DNA of 63,229 nucleotides, filler included, from Sphacelaria rigidula (lineage: Eukaryota): NCBI GenBank assembly GCA_964200075.2. It is 7 parts of 7 records of this genome, joined end to end, with 100 filler letters (N's around TTAATTAATTAA, not from the genome) between each part and the next. Parts side by side here need not be neighbours in the genome. Positions count along the whole stretch, not along the records: positions 45,238 to 54,183 come from CAXNAA020009683.1; positions 54,284 to 63,229 come from CAXNAA020009684.1; 5 more parts are not named here. One strand, given 5' to 3'. Numbering within the stretch: position 1 is the first letter of the stretch; every line of letters starts with the position of its first letter. Below the pieces are notes generated by a model. The model was given only the letters and a program-made list of their open reading frames with translations, had not been told where the DNA came from and made no database searches. The position numbers were made by a program, and so were the translations under genes. This document shows positions 51,050 through 63,229 of the stretch, piece after piece.

Positions 51050-54000
51050 GGCTATGGTCCTGTTCTCCTGTGTATGCTAATGGTTGATACATGAATAACT
51101 AAAGCTGCTGAAGTCCATGTGCCCGTGATTGGAGGAGTCCACATGGCGTTCTGATCTTGAGAGAAAGAAGTCAATAATAAACGTTCATTAAGTCCGCTGA
51201 AAGGCGGTAGGTCCGCTGAAAAAACAGCTGACACTTCAAGATAGGGAAGTCTGCAGGCCTGATCAGTTTGCAGCAAATAAGACCAGCTTAAGGCGTGTTA
51301 ACGTCGCGAGGAGTTAGAGAAGTAGAGCCGAGGGGGTTCTGAGGCAGTCCTAGGGTGGGCTGTGGTATCACTCGTGCGAGAGGTGCGGGGGGTTGACCGA
51401 CAGCTGGCGAGCCCGTGCACGTTCCAGAAAAAGCGGCGAAATTACTGCCTGGTGGAGCCAGCGAGAGTTGCTTGTTCCACGCTTGGCCAAATTCGGTCAG
51501 GAAGAGGAGTCTAAGGACTTCAAGACGTGGTGAGAACCGCGTGAGAAAGAGGCGCGTGTGGTCGTCGTTGTAAGGTGGTACAGCGCGTCTCGGTGTACGG
51601 AGAGAGTTGTTGTTCCTCTGAGTGGGAGGCGACTTCGTTTTTCAAAAAGGCGGTGTGGAGTGCTATACTGCTGACCGAAATGTATGAGGTGCAGGAGTGT
51701 GTCGCGGTGGACGGCCATGTTGTTCGTGCTCCGCAACATTATGTTGTCATTGATGGTCGCGCTGTCCGTGTACGATTTCTGGATATGCCCTACTACAGTC
51801 GCAAGTTCTCAAATGAAAAATTTGCTCAGTTTCTGCGGAAGTATGAGAACTACCTTCGTGAGGTGCACGCAACGAACGCGCGTCAAGCACGCTGGCACGT
51901 TGTTGAGGAGCCAGCGGTCTCTGATACCATGCCCGCACATATCGAGGACTGTCTATGTGACACATTTTTGGATGGTGCGAATGATGTTGGGCAAGAGAAA
52001 TTGCTCTTTGCGCTGCGCAAGCATGCATCTTATGCATCGCCGAGTGTAGTGTCAAGGTCGGCGGCGGTGGAGACAGGCACGACATTTTGACGGGCAAGAA
52101 GGCGACACAGCATAGGGTTGTCCGAGTGCGCAGGCACGAAAGTGCTAGAGGCGTTGTCGCTATTGCCGTCAAGGAGCAAGCCGGACAGGAGGTGGCGGCT
52201 GTCGCGAGTATGGGTGATACTGCTGCTGCTGTTGGTGGTGTTGAGAAGGCGGGGCCTACATGGGCCAATGAGCAAGTACTGATGGGCGGAGGTCCCAGTT
52301 GCTCCTTGCTGCCGGACCGGCGCGTAGCTGGAGATGCTGCTTGCATGCTCGAAGCTGCAGGGGGCGTTATTCGCGAATTGCGAGCGAGCAGGGTGAGCTT
52401 GAAGCTTGCCGTGCTCATGGTGAATCTATCTGCGCCAGTGACATGGCAGGAGATTGTTCAGATGATTCGGAGGGGTGTCTGCTTGAAGGACAGGTGGATG
52501 CCGGGTTAACGGAATTGCCGCTGGAGCAGCGCGTAGCTGTGGACAAGCCTTGCATGATCGAAACAACAGCGGCGTGGGACCCGCGTGAAGCGGGTACGCA
52601 GAGCGAGCTGCAAGCTCGTGATGCTGTTAGCAACCAAAATTCTGACGGCGACGACGAGCGTCGCGTGGTGTTGGGGTGGTCGTGTGCACTGCTGTATGCA
52701 TGGCTAGGTTTGGCGTATTTGGCGGCGTTGATTGCGGTGTCTTTGCCGCTGTACGGTCACGTGCTGGAGAAGGACGGCGTAATGCCATCAGGAGGTGTTG
52801 ATGTGCGGGATTGTATGGATGTTCCCGTTTTGCCTCTTGTTTCCTCTGGAAAAGCGACTGAAGAACGAACGTTCATGAATGCGCAAGCATCTGTTGGGGC
52901 GGAGGATCTATCGCATTGGTTTGGCGGTGCGGATATACCGTTTAGTGGCGAGCTGAGCGGCTCCACGAGGGTGGGAGCTGTAGCTGGACTCATGGCGCGA
53001 GGAGCGAGTGTTCGAGTGGAAACGCTGCTCTACGCTGTGCACGGGGTTGTGATTCGAGTGCTGCTGTTTCTCAGGAGCGGGCTGGAGGACTACAAAGAAG
53101 GCATTACCTGAGGTGTTTGCTGCTGTGGTGAGCGCCGAGTTGGGTGCTGATGTTGAGGAGCAAGTGCTGAGGTGAATGAGTGCTTGTTGAGAATGAGGTG
53201 ACACATTATAACTGGTATTCGCGAATCGTTTTGAGAACGATTGCAGCTTGTTATTGTGTGGTTTGTGGTCATGTTTGCGCATGAGTCATGGTTGTTGAGC
53301 GAGCATGATCATGTCGCGTGTGCAGGGTAAAACTCTGGCGTACACGTGGGTAATTGGCATGTGCGTGTTGTGCTGATCTGGATCGCACAAATGATGCATG
53401 GTGTTTGCTACGACGAAGGTGGCATTGCATGTGCTGAGTGAAATATTGGCATGCATGTACGGATTTTCATATGCTGAGTGGAATTTTGGCAGGCATGTCC
53501 GAATTTTTGCTCGAATGGTACTGATATGAATGGTATCTGGTGACGACCTAGGGTGAGGCAGTTTTCAATATACTGCTGTATGCTAAATGAAGAGAAGCTC
53601 GCATAATCTTGTTCGCGCAGAAACACAGTCGAATAATATTTGTGCGGTTTGCACGTACTGACTGCAGGATATATGGATTGCTGCTCTTAGCGTGAAAATG
53701 AGCAAAACAATACGAAATGCGCAGGCTCGTACTGACTGTAGGAGACGGTGACACCTGCTGCTAGCGTGAAAATGAGCTGTAATATACGAAATGCGTAGGC
53801 TCGTCGTATGTGAGCAGATATGACGCGAGGGCTTCCGGTGGTTCAAGACAAAGACATTATGCGCGCATGCATCAATGATCTTTGACCGTGGTCAGTTTTT
53901 GTATGGATTGTCACGTGTTTGAACGAGCACGGGGTTGGCTTTTCGTTCATGTCAGCAGAAGCATGTGGATGATGCGTCCATTTGTTCGAAGAACTGGTGC

Positions 54001-54180
54001 AGGTGGACTGCAAAAGTGTCGAGGAATTCATTATTTCTACATTTGGCTGATGCACGAATGGGATATGACGGTCCAAGATCCAAACGAGATATAGATATAT
54101 CTGGGATTTTCTCGAAAACAAGAGTTCGAAAACGAGATCACGAGAGGTGATCAATGATGGCGGAGGTCGAGGTCCGTTCG
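51050..54180 (+). mobile_element. Degenerate gypsy-related LTR element with gag N-terminal ORF (51575-52090); boundaries approximate
   Basis: YSRKFSNEKFAQFLRKYENYLREV..MPAHIEDCL resembles the gag at 42211 (YGRHFSENASRRFFQKYFEYEEAV..VPRHIRACL). An internal segment is repeated at 37380-37800. Confidence 0.6.
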
Positions 54181-54283
54181 CCGNNNNNNNNNNNNNNNNN
54201 NNNNNNNNNNNNNNNNNNNNNNNNNNNTTAATTAATTAANNNNNNNNNNNNNNNNNNNNNNNNNNNNNNNNNNNNNNNNNNNN

Positions 54284-54717
54284 CACCGTCACGAGGCTCC
54301 CTGGATCTTTCGTGCGTATCATTAGTGGAAATTAGACGACGCCAACACCCGCCATCACCGAAACATCACGGTTTCGGGTATAATTCAACCCCGTCGAAAC
54401 CGTTTTCAAATATGTTTTTTTCGTTAGATTCCCGAGCTGATGACGGTTACTACAATTTGAAGCATGTGGAGATTGGGCAGAACTTGTGCTTGGAAATCGT
54501 AATTTCGATCTCGGAGAAATTCGACGGGCGCTGGTTGGTCGATATACTTTTTCGCCCTTAGCGCTACCACTATGGCCTTATACACAAATCCGGCTATGTC
54601 ACGCTCTTCAGCTGTCCATGGTGGTCAGTATGATATCATGTTTGCGACTATTGGGTAGGTATTGCGGAAGGCATTTGCTGATGACATAATTTTGGTTGAT
54701 GAGCGTAAACCAGCCTG
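54284..54717. mobile_element. Right end of the TA-flanked TIR element family of 9153-10679
   Basis: About 430 bp homologous to 10254-10679, ending CAGCCTG|TA. Confidence 0.8.
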
Positions 54718-57056
54718 TAGCGATTCTTTATTCGAAATGTCAAAGCACAAGTCTCAAAAACTGTAACGCGATATCCAAATTTGGTGCATTTAGTGCGTCT
54801 GTTCGTAATATTTTGGTTTTAGGACCAAACCTTGTGTGCGTCATATCTCGAAATAGATGACGAATTAGGCGAAGGTGAGGGTGTCGATCGTTACCCCGTG
54901 CTCCAGGGAAAGTCCACCTCAGAAATCGTCGCCATCCGCTGTATATATCGTTCAGGGTTTCATATCGACTTTGGGAAGGACGCTCTCCGTACAGTATAGG
55001 AATTAGAGGACATGGGGTTTGATCAACGAGTAAGAAAAAGCGCAGACTTTTGAGCAGATGGGCACCTTCCCCTTGATCAGACGATCAATACGATATGCGG
55101 ATCACGGCCCAACTTGTCTGTGCCGATGAGATATTGCTTTGAGAGCTTAACCATTTTGGGACCAGACCCCCACTAACACAGGGTTGACCCTGTGTTTGTG
55201 GAATAATAAAAAAATACGTCTTCGAGCGACCTGCCCAATCACGGTGAGGCGAAATTTATCGACCAGACTCGAACGAACAGAGCGGGGATTGTTGTCGAGT
55301 GTGATGCCACTGCAAAGATCGTGCGGGGGCCCTATCCCTGGCCCAGATAAGCCTCCCCAGGTTTCCAAGTGCAGGGTGGTCGCAGCTTGGTTTTATGGTA
55401 TTACTTGCACTCAGTATACCGTTCCCGAGTTTCGCCGGAGTGTTTTTCGGGTCCCGATTCTACACTGAAACGTAGCAATGTACACCAACACAGGATGGAC
55501 CGGAAAAAAACGGGAAGGAGTGTACATACTACAATATGGTCATTTTCAGGAAGCACAAAATCCAGGTGGCCTGTGGAAAGACAAGGAGCTACCGTAATGA
55601 ATTCTGCGTATCCCTCTCCCGATAACTTGCAGTGTGCAGTCCACATGTATGTAGTGGACGGGGATGACAAAGCTGTATATAGGTAGCTGATTTCGGTAGC
55701 TGAGAATTGCCTCGAACATGCAAGGGAGTATGCAGCGGCAGCTGCTGCTTCAGCCGGAGAGGCGTGCTACTGTACTATACTGCTGTATGCATGCGCGCCG
55801 CAGCGCTGATAACCTTGGAAGAGAATTTGCCGCATGCAACAAGTGGGGAAATGGTGGCCCATCCCGACCACAAAGGGCTGTGTGGCAAGGTGGTAGGGAC
55901 AAAGGTATCATCCAAAGCCACAAGTGGCGGGCGGCCCACCGGTCGCCGCATCCTGTTGGAAGCTCTTTACCACGACTCATACTGCTTGCTACATCAGATG
56001 TACACCGCCTAATGCGCACCCTGCACCTGAAAATAGATTGAATGAAACTTTCGGTTTTCGTCATAAGGGCCTGTCTAAGCACTTTTGCTTTCGATTGAAA
56101 AAATGAGGCGGTGGAACTGATTTGAGCGAAAATTCCTCGTTTTGATGCAGTTGGGTCCGGATGGATTTTCAAGCTTTCGATCGAAAAAAGACAGTTAAGT
56201 CCATGAAACGGTACACGGTCACTCGTGTACAGTACAGGCAGTCTGTACAATTTGCACTGCTTGCAAGTAGGGTGTCTTGAGTGCGTGTGTGCGTGTTTCG
56301 TGCAGGATAATATAAAGGGGAAGCGGGCAACGTGCAGAGCAGACAGCCCAGGACTATCAGTTCTTTCTGCTTACAATGCGACGTGAAAATAATTTCAGCA
56401 ACGTGCAGCTTCGTACTGCCTGCACTGTCCATGAGCGTGCACGCAACTCTATTGCCCACCATACCACGCAGTTCCGTCCCTGATGCCTACCATGAGAGAA
56501 GATGCGCAAGTTTTCACGAACAAAAAATAAACAAAGCACAACCAACTACAGTAGTGTATTTATCCCTGTGCTCAACTCGTGCTCTATGCTGCAGGGTTGC
56601 GGTGGTAGCTGAGAATGAGTCGGATGGAGTTCGCATGGGCCTGTGACCAGGTGTTATTTGGCGTGGTGGTCTTTAAGGTAAGAGTCAAGTGCCGCTTCGT
56701 GCCTTTCGACTGCATGTTTTCGATCGAAAACGATCGTTTTGTACGTCGTTGCATTCTTCTCCGCGCGCCGCTAATTATAATTTTGAGTTGAAGCCTTCAA
56801 GGAACATAAATGCGGTGGACCTATGGGATCGGGGGAAAAAATCGACCGCACTTTTTCGATCGGAAAAAAAAGGGCTAAGACAGGCCGTAACCCTGCGGTT
56901 ACCTACGCGGAATTCCAGCAACACGCCACTGTTTCGTGCAGACATCAGACACGTCATTCCTGACCAGCATCACTGGTCGTTCTGCAGGCTCGGTCTCAAA
57001 AGGGTTAAGTCCGCGTCTAAGCCGGCCCAGCTCGTATGCTTCAACATACATTCTTT

Positions 57057-57285
57057 TAGGGCTGTGAACTGGCGGCTCTAGTCAGTCAAGTTAATACGGG
57101 CGGCACCAACGGCCAGTAAAACCAATATTTTTCCAGTCGATCGGCTCCGGGAAAGAACGCCCCCGGCTGGTGAGGGGGGCCCGCGGGAGCGTCGCCGGAG
57201 GCAAGAAAAGTTGCGGTATTTGGCTCGTTTCCCCTCCACAAAATCGTGGAAAACTATCAAAATGTTGACCTTCTGTTCATCTTTG
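57057..57285. mobile_element. One end of the hAT-like family of 28885-30217
   Basis: TAGGGCTGTGAACTGGCGGCTCTAGTCAG.. is reverse-complement homologous to about 29980-30217. Confidence 0.7.
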
Positions 57286-58774
57286 AGATATATGGGCGGT
57301 CTCATGAAAATATGGTTATTGCTATAATAAACCGTCCTGAACAATAAAAAAAAATGTAAATCAACTTGTCCTAAGTTTTTGGTTCATCAGGCGGCGAGTC
57401 CATAGGTACGGGTTTATTTTCATAGTACAAACACTAATTTCAAGCAATTTTATTTTAATATTTGTCCTGTCCCTCTACGTTTCATAGTAAATTTCATAGT
57501 ACAAACTTGATTTTAGTATAGGCTCCGTCACACATGGTTTTGCCGGTCTTCTGGTGCCCGCAGCCGCAGTGCAGCACCGAGCGGAGGCACGATGATATCC
57601 AAGACGCAGGCAGTCTCACAAGCGGCGCTCTGTCTAATGGTTTACTGGGTAGTGTACCCAACCTTCGCTATGAGTGTCGCCATGCCCGCGGTATGGTTGC
57701 GGTGGCCTGGGTTGGTGTTGCAGTCACCATTTGCGCTTAGGTTGCAGCTGCATCTGTACGGCCTTGGTGACGGCGCACGATTCAAGATGGCTTCATCGTC
57801 GTCGTTGTGTGGTGTTTCATGTTGCTCGGACGGAACAACCGAGAAAAAGACTCCGCACGCATCAATGCATCAATGCTATTGGCCCCCTTTTGTAGGCTAT
57901 CGTGCTGTTGTTCTGGATGACTCGCGTTGATCGATGACGTACAGACATGCGTGACAATCAAGCACGGTGCCGACTGGCTGGCCAGCGCTGGCGGATCTTC
58001 TTGCGATACAGATACAGTCGGTATCGCGACAGAAATTTGTTGCCGTATAACGCTGGAGACAACCAAGCACTCTACACACAGGACATCAGACAGCCAACGC
58101 AATAATGTATCTCTCTTGTGTATGCGATTCCGTGTGCTAGAATGCCGCTTCATTTCGAAGGTGTACGCTTCGCTTGCTTTGACTTGGTGCCATCTTGGTG
58201 TCTATCAAAATATTATCGATGCTGACGGCACTTTTCCCCCCCCCAGCTCTCCTCCTTCTGCTGTCCTGGGCTATAGCAAGCCAACGGAGGGAATTGAAGT
58301 CCAGAACAGGCCCGGACAACAAATAACCGAACAGTGCAATCTTGTTGACCCCTCTGTGGCAATTAGGGTTTGAGTAACGCACGTGTCCAGCGATAATGCC
58401 GACAAGAATCATGGAAACCAATGAAAAAATCGATATCAGTTTAATTATTTCATAGCGACCCGTACCTATGAACTCGGTACCGTTCATCGTGACCTAGCGA
58501 GGTCCTACACGAACTTCAAAACACAAGTACCAAACCTGGGCCGGTCATAAGCCTTGAAAATACTGTTCCGATTTCCAGCCGGTCCGGTTTTTAAATTGCC
58601 CTGTCCCACCTCAATTTTGAGAGTTGGACTTTTAAATTTGGTACGGAGAATGGATAGGGCATGATCAAAATAAATATGCCGGGGTTTCCAGGAAATGCCG
58701 TTAACTCACATAAAAACTTTCCGTCCCGGTGTAATCATTTTCATCATGATTTTTGTGTTGTAATCATTTTCACC

Positions 58775-59124
58775 TGAAATGTGTTGTCATCCCATCTTTT
58801 CTGGACGCCGGTCTACCCCTTTCGGTATATGTGGGCGCATCTGCCAGAGTCATACAGGAGGAAGGCCAACACAGAAGTATTTTTCTCTTCCGTGTGTTTT
58901 TAATGCTTCACCTTCCTTCTGTTGGGTTGCCTTTCTTTCTTATCGCGAGAGGGGTTCAACGATCCCTTGCCCTCGTCGACCGTTGAGTCGAATGTTGTGT
59001 GCTCACGACAAGTTGCTCTCCACTATTGGGCATGGTGTGAGAAAAAATCCCGGGTCATTCCGCGGTTTGATTCCACGACCCAACGGTAAGATGGTGTTGA
59101 GGTTACCAACTGAGCCACCGGGGT
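58775..59124 (-). mobile_element. tRNA-derived SINE, family B
   Basis: Minus-strand head CCCCGGTGGCTCAGTTGGTAACC (A-box); 3' part shared with 18962-19160. Confidence 0.7.
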
Positions 59125-59881
59125 GACCGGTTCCTATACCTTATTTATTCTCCGTACTAAATTTGAAATTTCAGCTCAAAATTGAGGTGAAGCGGGGTCT
59201 GCAAATCATAAACTCGCGTCTAGGCCGGCTCAGTTTGTAGTACAAACAGTACAACATGTCTGCGGGACTGTCAGGTCGTATTTTCGGAACAGAAATCCGT
59301 GGGCTCTCGAACACGTTGTGCCTGGCTCGTCAGACAATACCAACCTGCACCAACTCCTTTGGAATCATGATTACTTTTTATGTCACCCATCGTATCAAAA
59401 TTCCGAAAATCTCGCGGGCGTTCCATGTTCTTTGTTTTTCGCGCGTCGCGTTTTCCATGACATGCACAACAGATGACCTATTGTAGCTCTCGGCACGAGC
59501 AACCGAATTCTTGATACTTAGCAAACAGACAAATAATAAATATGTAAACACGCGAATCATGCCTTTACACACTTCGCCAACCACGTACATGTTCTGACGA
59601 GTACAACCCCCACATATCCTCATGCGCATCGGAAGTCTCGTGTGTCGTGTGCCAGCTGACGCTTTGGGTATTCCCGTCGTTTCTCAAGCAGAGAGTATCG
59701 GCGGGATGTTCGCGCATGTATTCAATATTCGTCGGCGAAGATTGTACGGCAACGAAAGTACACCGACAACTTCCTTCGAGCCTCTCGAGCATGAAGCACC
59801 ACAACTGATATGCAGTGCGACCTACGCTCACGGTGCACCCCGTGGATCAGGTTGAGGGGCGGGCAGACCGCGGTATCTTAC

Positions 59882-60541
59882 CAGATTGAGCAGGCCGTTG
59901 CCGTCTATCGACAGCTTTCCATCCTCGGCCCGGAACACCGGTGTGATATTCTCCGCAGCCCCTTTCAGCCGCACAACCACATCATCCAGCATGCTGCTCA
60001 TCATATTATCCTCTCCATCGAGCGTCGATACATCTGCGCTACTTTCCGCCCCATCTCTCACCACCGCTGGACCAACCTCAACATCTTGCACATCCATTCC
60101 CTTGCTGGGTGATGTTGACGTTGCAGTACCTTCCACGCCTGCAACGACCGACGATGCTGCCAGTTCAACCCTCTTTTCGGTAGCTCCAGTATTAGTATCC
60201 AACTCCAGCCCCCCCGCCCCCACCATGTCGACAAATTTTGATGTCGTCTGCGAGGTTCCCAGGCGACTTGTCCCGCTGTCACTATCTGTCATTGTAGCCT
60301 CTCTACACGTCGTCCTTCGGAACTGTTGGCCTCCACGATGAGCTGAGCGGCACGTTTGAAACGCCGCAGCGAACACGCTGGAGTCGACGGTGTTTTTTCC
60401 TGAAAAAAGTCGCCTGCTACTTGTTCCCCCAGGCAACAAGGAGGGCACCCAGAGATACCCCTTCACGGTGCGTGAGAACCCAATGAATACTAGAAATATG
60501 AGCCATATTGCGGCATCAACTACGTGTCGTGTAGTCCTCAT
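59882..60541 (-). CDS. First coding exon (220 codons) of an uncharacterised protein with a signal peptide and transit-like region
   Basis: ATG at 60541, hydrophobic AIWLIFLVFIGF, then a Ser/Arg-rich stretch and an acidic region. Ends at a CTG|GTAAGA donor; later exons were not identified. Confidence 0.65.
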
Positions 60542-60814
60542 GGTTAGGCACGACACACATGTCGTGTAGTCCCGACGGTTTAGAACTTACAACAGCAAAA
60601 GAGAGCTTGCTCTGTTGAGTCGGTAACTTCAACTTCGTTGCATGTCGGTACCCGTAGGTCCTCATTGAAAAAGTTCAAGTACAGACAGGATACTGGAGTA
60701 GGCAGATCCACGATCAAACAGACTCTCTCTCACATTTTTCTGAGGTTCGGCATACATATTTCATTAAGACACCGCATTTGAAGACGGAGACAGGAATGAT
60801 GCCACTGAGATCGC

Positions 60815-61270
60815 TGTTGCCCTACCCCATTGATTCATAACATTCGCCCACCTCTCCCACCGCGGAGATGAAATCATGTCACCTCCTTTCCAAATATGCT
60901 CAGGGGGCTGCTATCCACCATCTTGGCCCGTTACGTACGAATGACGATGTCTGTTAGGATCGGAAAGGTACCACTAGAGCAGTTACTCTCCATGGTATTC
61001 ATCTATGACAACATCGATGTAAAATCCCGGGAATGAAATCATTTCATCCCCTTTTCAAGAATGCCCAGGAGGGGTGGCAAGAATGCCCAGGAGGGGTGGT
61101 ATTTGACGTTTTGGCCAGTAGCGTAGAAAGGACGGCGCTCCATTCGGACGGAAAGGTAGCGCCAAACCACCATGTCCTACCCTAGTGATTGATGAAAAAC
61201 TCTCACCACTCCCACGTCGGGGATCAAATCATCTCATCACCTGCCCAAATATGCTCAGGGGGTATTATCT
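60815..61270 (+). repeat. Diverged tandem repeat, about 3 units of 165-190 bp
   Basis: AT(G/C)AAATCAT.TCA...CAA.(T/A)ATGC(T/C)CAGG(G/A)GG recurs at about 60866, 61031 and 61222. Confidence 0.65.
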
Positions 61271-61404
61271 AACGCTCTCTGCCTGTACCCCACTGTTGAC
61301 AACATGAGAGAACAAAGATGCTCCCCGTATGACCCGTACCAGTATGGCCCGAATGAATTCCCGTACTGGCCCGTATCCGTACGCTCCCCGTAATTCCTCA
61401 TCTC

Positions 61405-61855
61405 ATACTGGTGGATACTGGTGATATTGCATATTTGCAGCCTGATACTGGCGGATACTGGTAATACTGGGTATTTCTCCGCCTCATTCATACTGGCGGA
61501 TACTGTTGATACTGGGTATTTCGCCACCTTGTACTGGCGGATACTGTTAATACTGGGTATTTCGCCTCCTTTTGCTGGACGATACTGGCGATACTGGGTA
61601 TTTTGAGGCCGAATACTGGTGGATACTGGCGATGCTGGCGATACTGGTTATTTTACCGCCTTGTACTGCCGGATATTAGCGATACTGGGTATTTCAGAGT
61701 CTCATACGGGTGCATACTTGCGATACTGCGTATTTCGGACGGTGACACTGGCGGATACTGGTGATACTGGGTATTTTTCCGCCTGGTACTGGCGGATGCT
61801 GGCGATACTGCGTGTTTCATTGTCTCAGACTCGTTCATACTGGCGGATACTAGGT
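61405..61855 (+). repeat. GATACTGG-based minisatellite with a higher-order unit of about 46 bp; also at about 63100-63210
   Basis: Many copies of TACTGGCGGATACTGG(T/C)GATACTGGGTATTT. Confidence 0.9.
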
Positions 61856-61939
61856 ACAATACCCAAGTTCAAAGTGGCACGATAGGTGATGTCTTACTCG
61901 TACCATGCTGGCGATTTTCTTAGGTTCCTTCGCTTGCCA

Positions 61940-62529
61940 CTTTTTTTTTTTCCTCTCACACTTTGAACCCCTCCCCTTCCTCGCGGGATGAGTCCTGTGA
62001 CGACTTATAGGCAACCGATTAGACTACCGTACAGTCAGCGCTGACTGTACTGTAGTCTAATCGGTTGCCTACAAGTCATCACAAAAGTTAGTCGTGGGGG
62101 TTCGATCCCCGTCACTTTCACTCCGAGGAGGGCGACTCCCCTTGCCAGCGCTGTTCAACTGTTCGCGCTCACGGTATCGGTCTGATGTTGCCACACGTAT
62201 CCATTCGGAGTTACTCGTCTCCCCCACTCATTTCCAGAGTGTGTGATCGGTTGCCTATAAATCGTCACAATTCGTGGTCTCAAAGGATCGACCCATCTCT
62301 CCCCGGTGCGTGCCTGTGATTTTGATCTCGCGAATTGGATCAGCACTCCCGCACCGCGTCAGCTCACGTCGCACAAACCCAGTCGACTTCTTTTGTTTAC
62401 TCACGCTCTCACGCTTTCCACGGTGCAAATCATACATTACGAAGAAAAAACCCAACGCATCGGGAATCGAACCCCCGTTCTCTCCACTCTAATGGTGACA
62501 GTCGGACCATTACACCACCGGGGCGCAGC
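61940..62529 (-). mobile_element. tRNA-derived SINE family A interrupted by an insertion at 61996-62269
   Basis: 61940-61995 and 62274-62529 join to reproduce the 1370-1678 copy at GAGTCC|GTGGTCTC. Confidence 0.82.
61996..62269. mobile_element. 274-bp TGT...ACA TIR element (Ginger-like MITE or atypical solo LTR)
   Basis: 24-bp TIRs TGTGACGACTTATAGGCAACCGAT / ATCGGTTGCCTATAAATCGTCACA. Candidate 4-bp TSD GTCC/ATTC. Confidence 0.7.
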
Positions 62530-63229
62530 AGTGCAAATAGAATCGTGTGCGGCTAATAGTTGTTTCGAAACAACTAACTGTTCAAAATCATGCGCAGCTT
62601 GTTGTTTCCAAACTACTACGGTTCCAAAACCGTGCCACTGTTCATCACATTGGGGATCTGAAGATGCTAGTACCCGCTCCAATTTAATAACAATACCATC
62701 TGTACTCAATATTAGGAGACTTACGGGCTGACCGGTCACCGGGGTCCTGACAAGTTTCAGTCCAGATTCCGACTCTTTGGTATCCTCGGTCGATATAGCG
62801 TACCATGATCGAATTTGTGAAGGCATGATCAAGAGTTTTTATTTCATGTTACCTACATATTGCACTACTAGGGCCAAGTAGCTGGGTTTGACGGCCAATA
62901 ACACCCTCCTGATAAACGGAGTATGTAATCGTATCGCCCGATAACGCGGATTAACAATAACTTCGGTACTGTGTGTTTAGGAGGATCTGTTTATTCGACC
63001 AAAATCTATCGACAACAGCAAATTCGACGCCCATCGAAGAGTATACGCGAGAAGAATCCCAACTTAGGCCGCGCCCATTTCGAACGTGGGTACTATATTT
63101 CGATACTGGGTATTTCCCAGCCTCGTACTGGCGGATACTGGCGGTACTGGATATTTCACCGCCTCGGACTCGCGGATACTGGCGATACTGGGCATTTTGC
63201 GGCCGAATACCCGCGAATAACAGGGTTGC

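Noticed and set aside
52299..53111. 270-aa ORF with a hydrophobic segment as a host gene or env-like gene
   Set aside because: It lies in a repeated LTR-element interior, the homologue at 37392-37805 gives a much shorter ORF, and no domain was recognised.
61255..61885. Repetitive ORFs (ADTGDTGYF repeats)
   Set aside because: They are by-products of the GATACTGG minisatellite, with frames shifting between units.

Overview
Repeat-rich, intron-containing eukaryotic DNA. The intron style and transposon types suggest a stramenopile, probably a brown alga (inference). The window is not one locus: it is seven contigs of 8,946-8,948 bp joined by 100-bp linkers (44 N + TTAATTAATTAA + 44 N), so adjacency across linkers means nothing. 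Host gene pieces: one N-terminal exon of eIF2-gamma, a five-exon 3' part of a type I membrane protein with a PPxY motif, a first exon with a signal/transit-like leader, an SNF5-like exon fragment and a possible TFIIS-central-domain pseudogene. The rest is mostly mobile DNA: degenerate Ty3/gypsy elements without recognisable RT, a nested Ty1/copia, tRNA-derived SINEs, a LINE tail, TA-flanked, hAT-like and Ginger-like TIR elements, a Helitron-like tandem pair, minisatellites and long hairpins. I found no CRISPR array, defence system or intact autonomous element. The most interesting signals are non-autonomous elements that appear to carry cargo and a 305-bp duplication around a copia insertion. 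All calls were made by eye, with no database searches.
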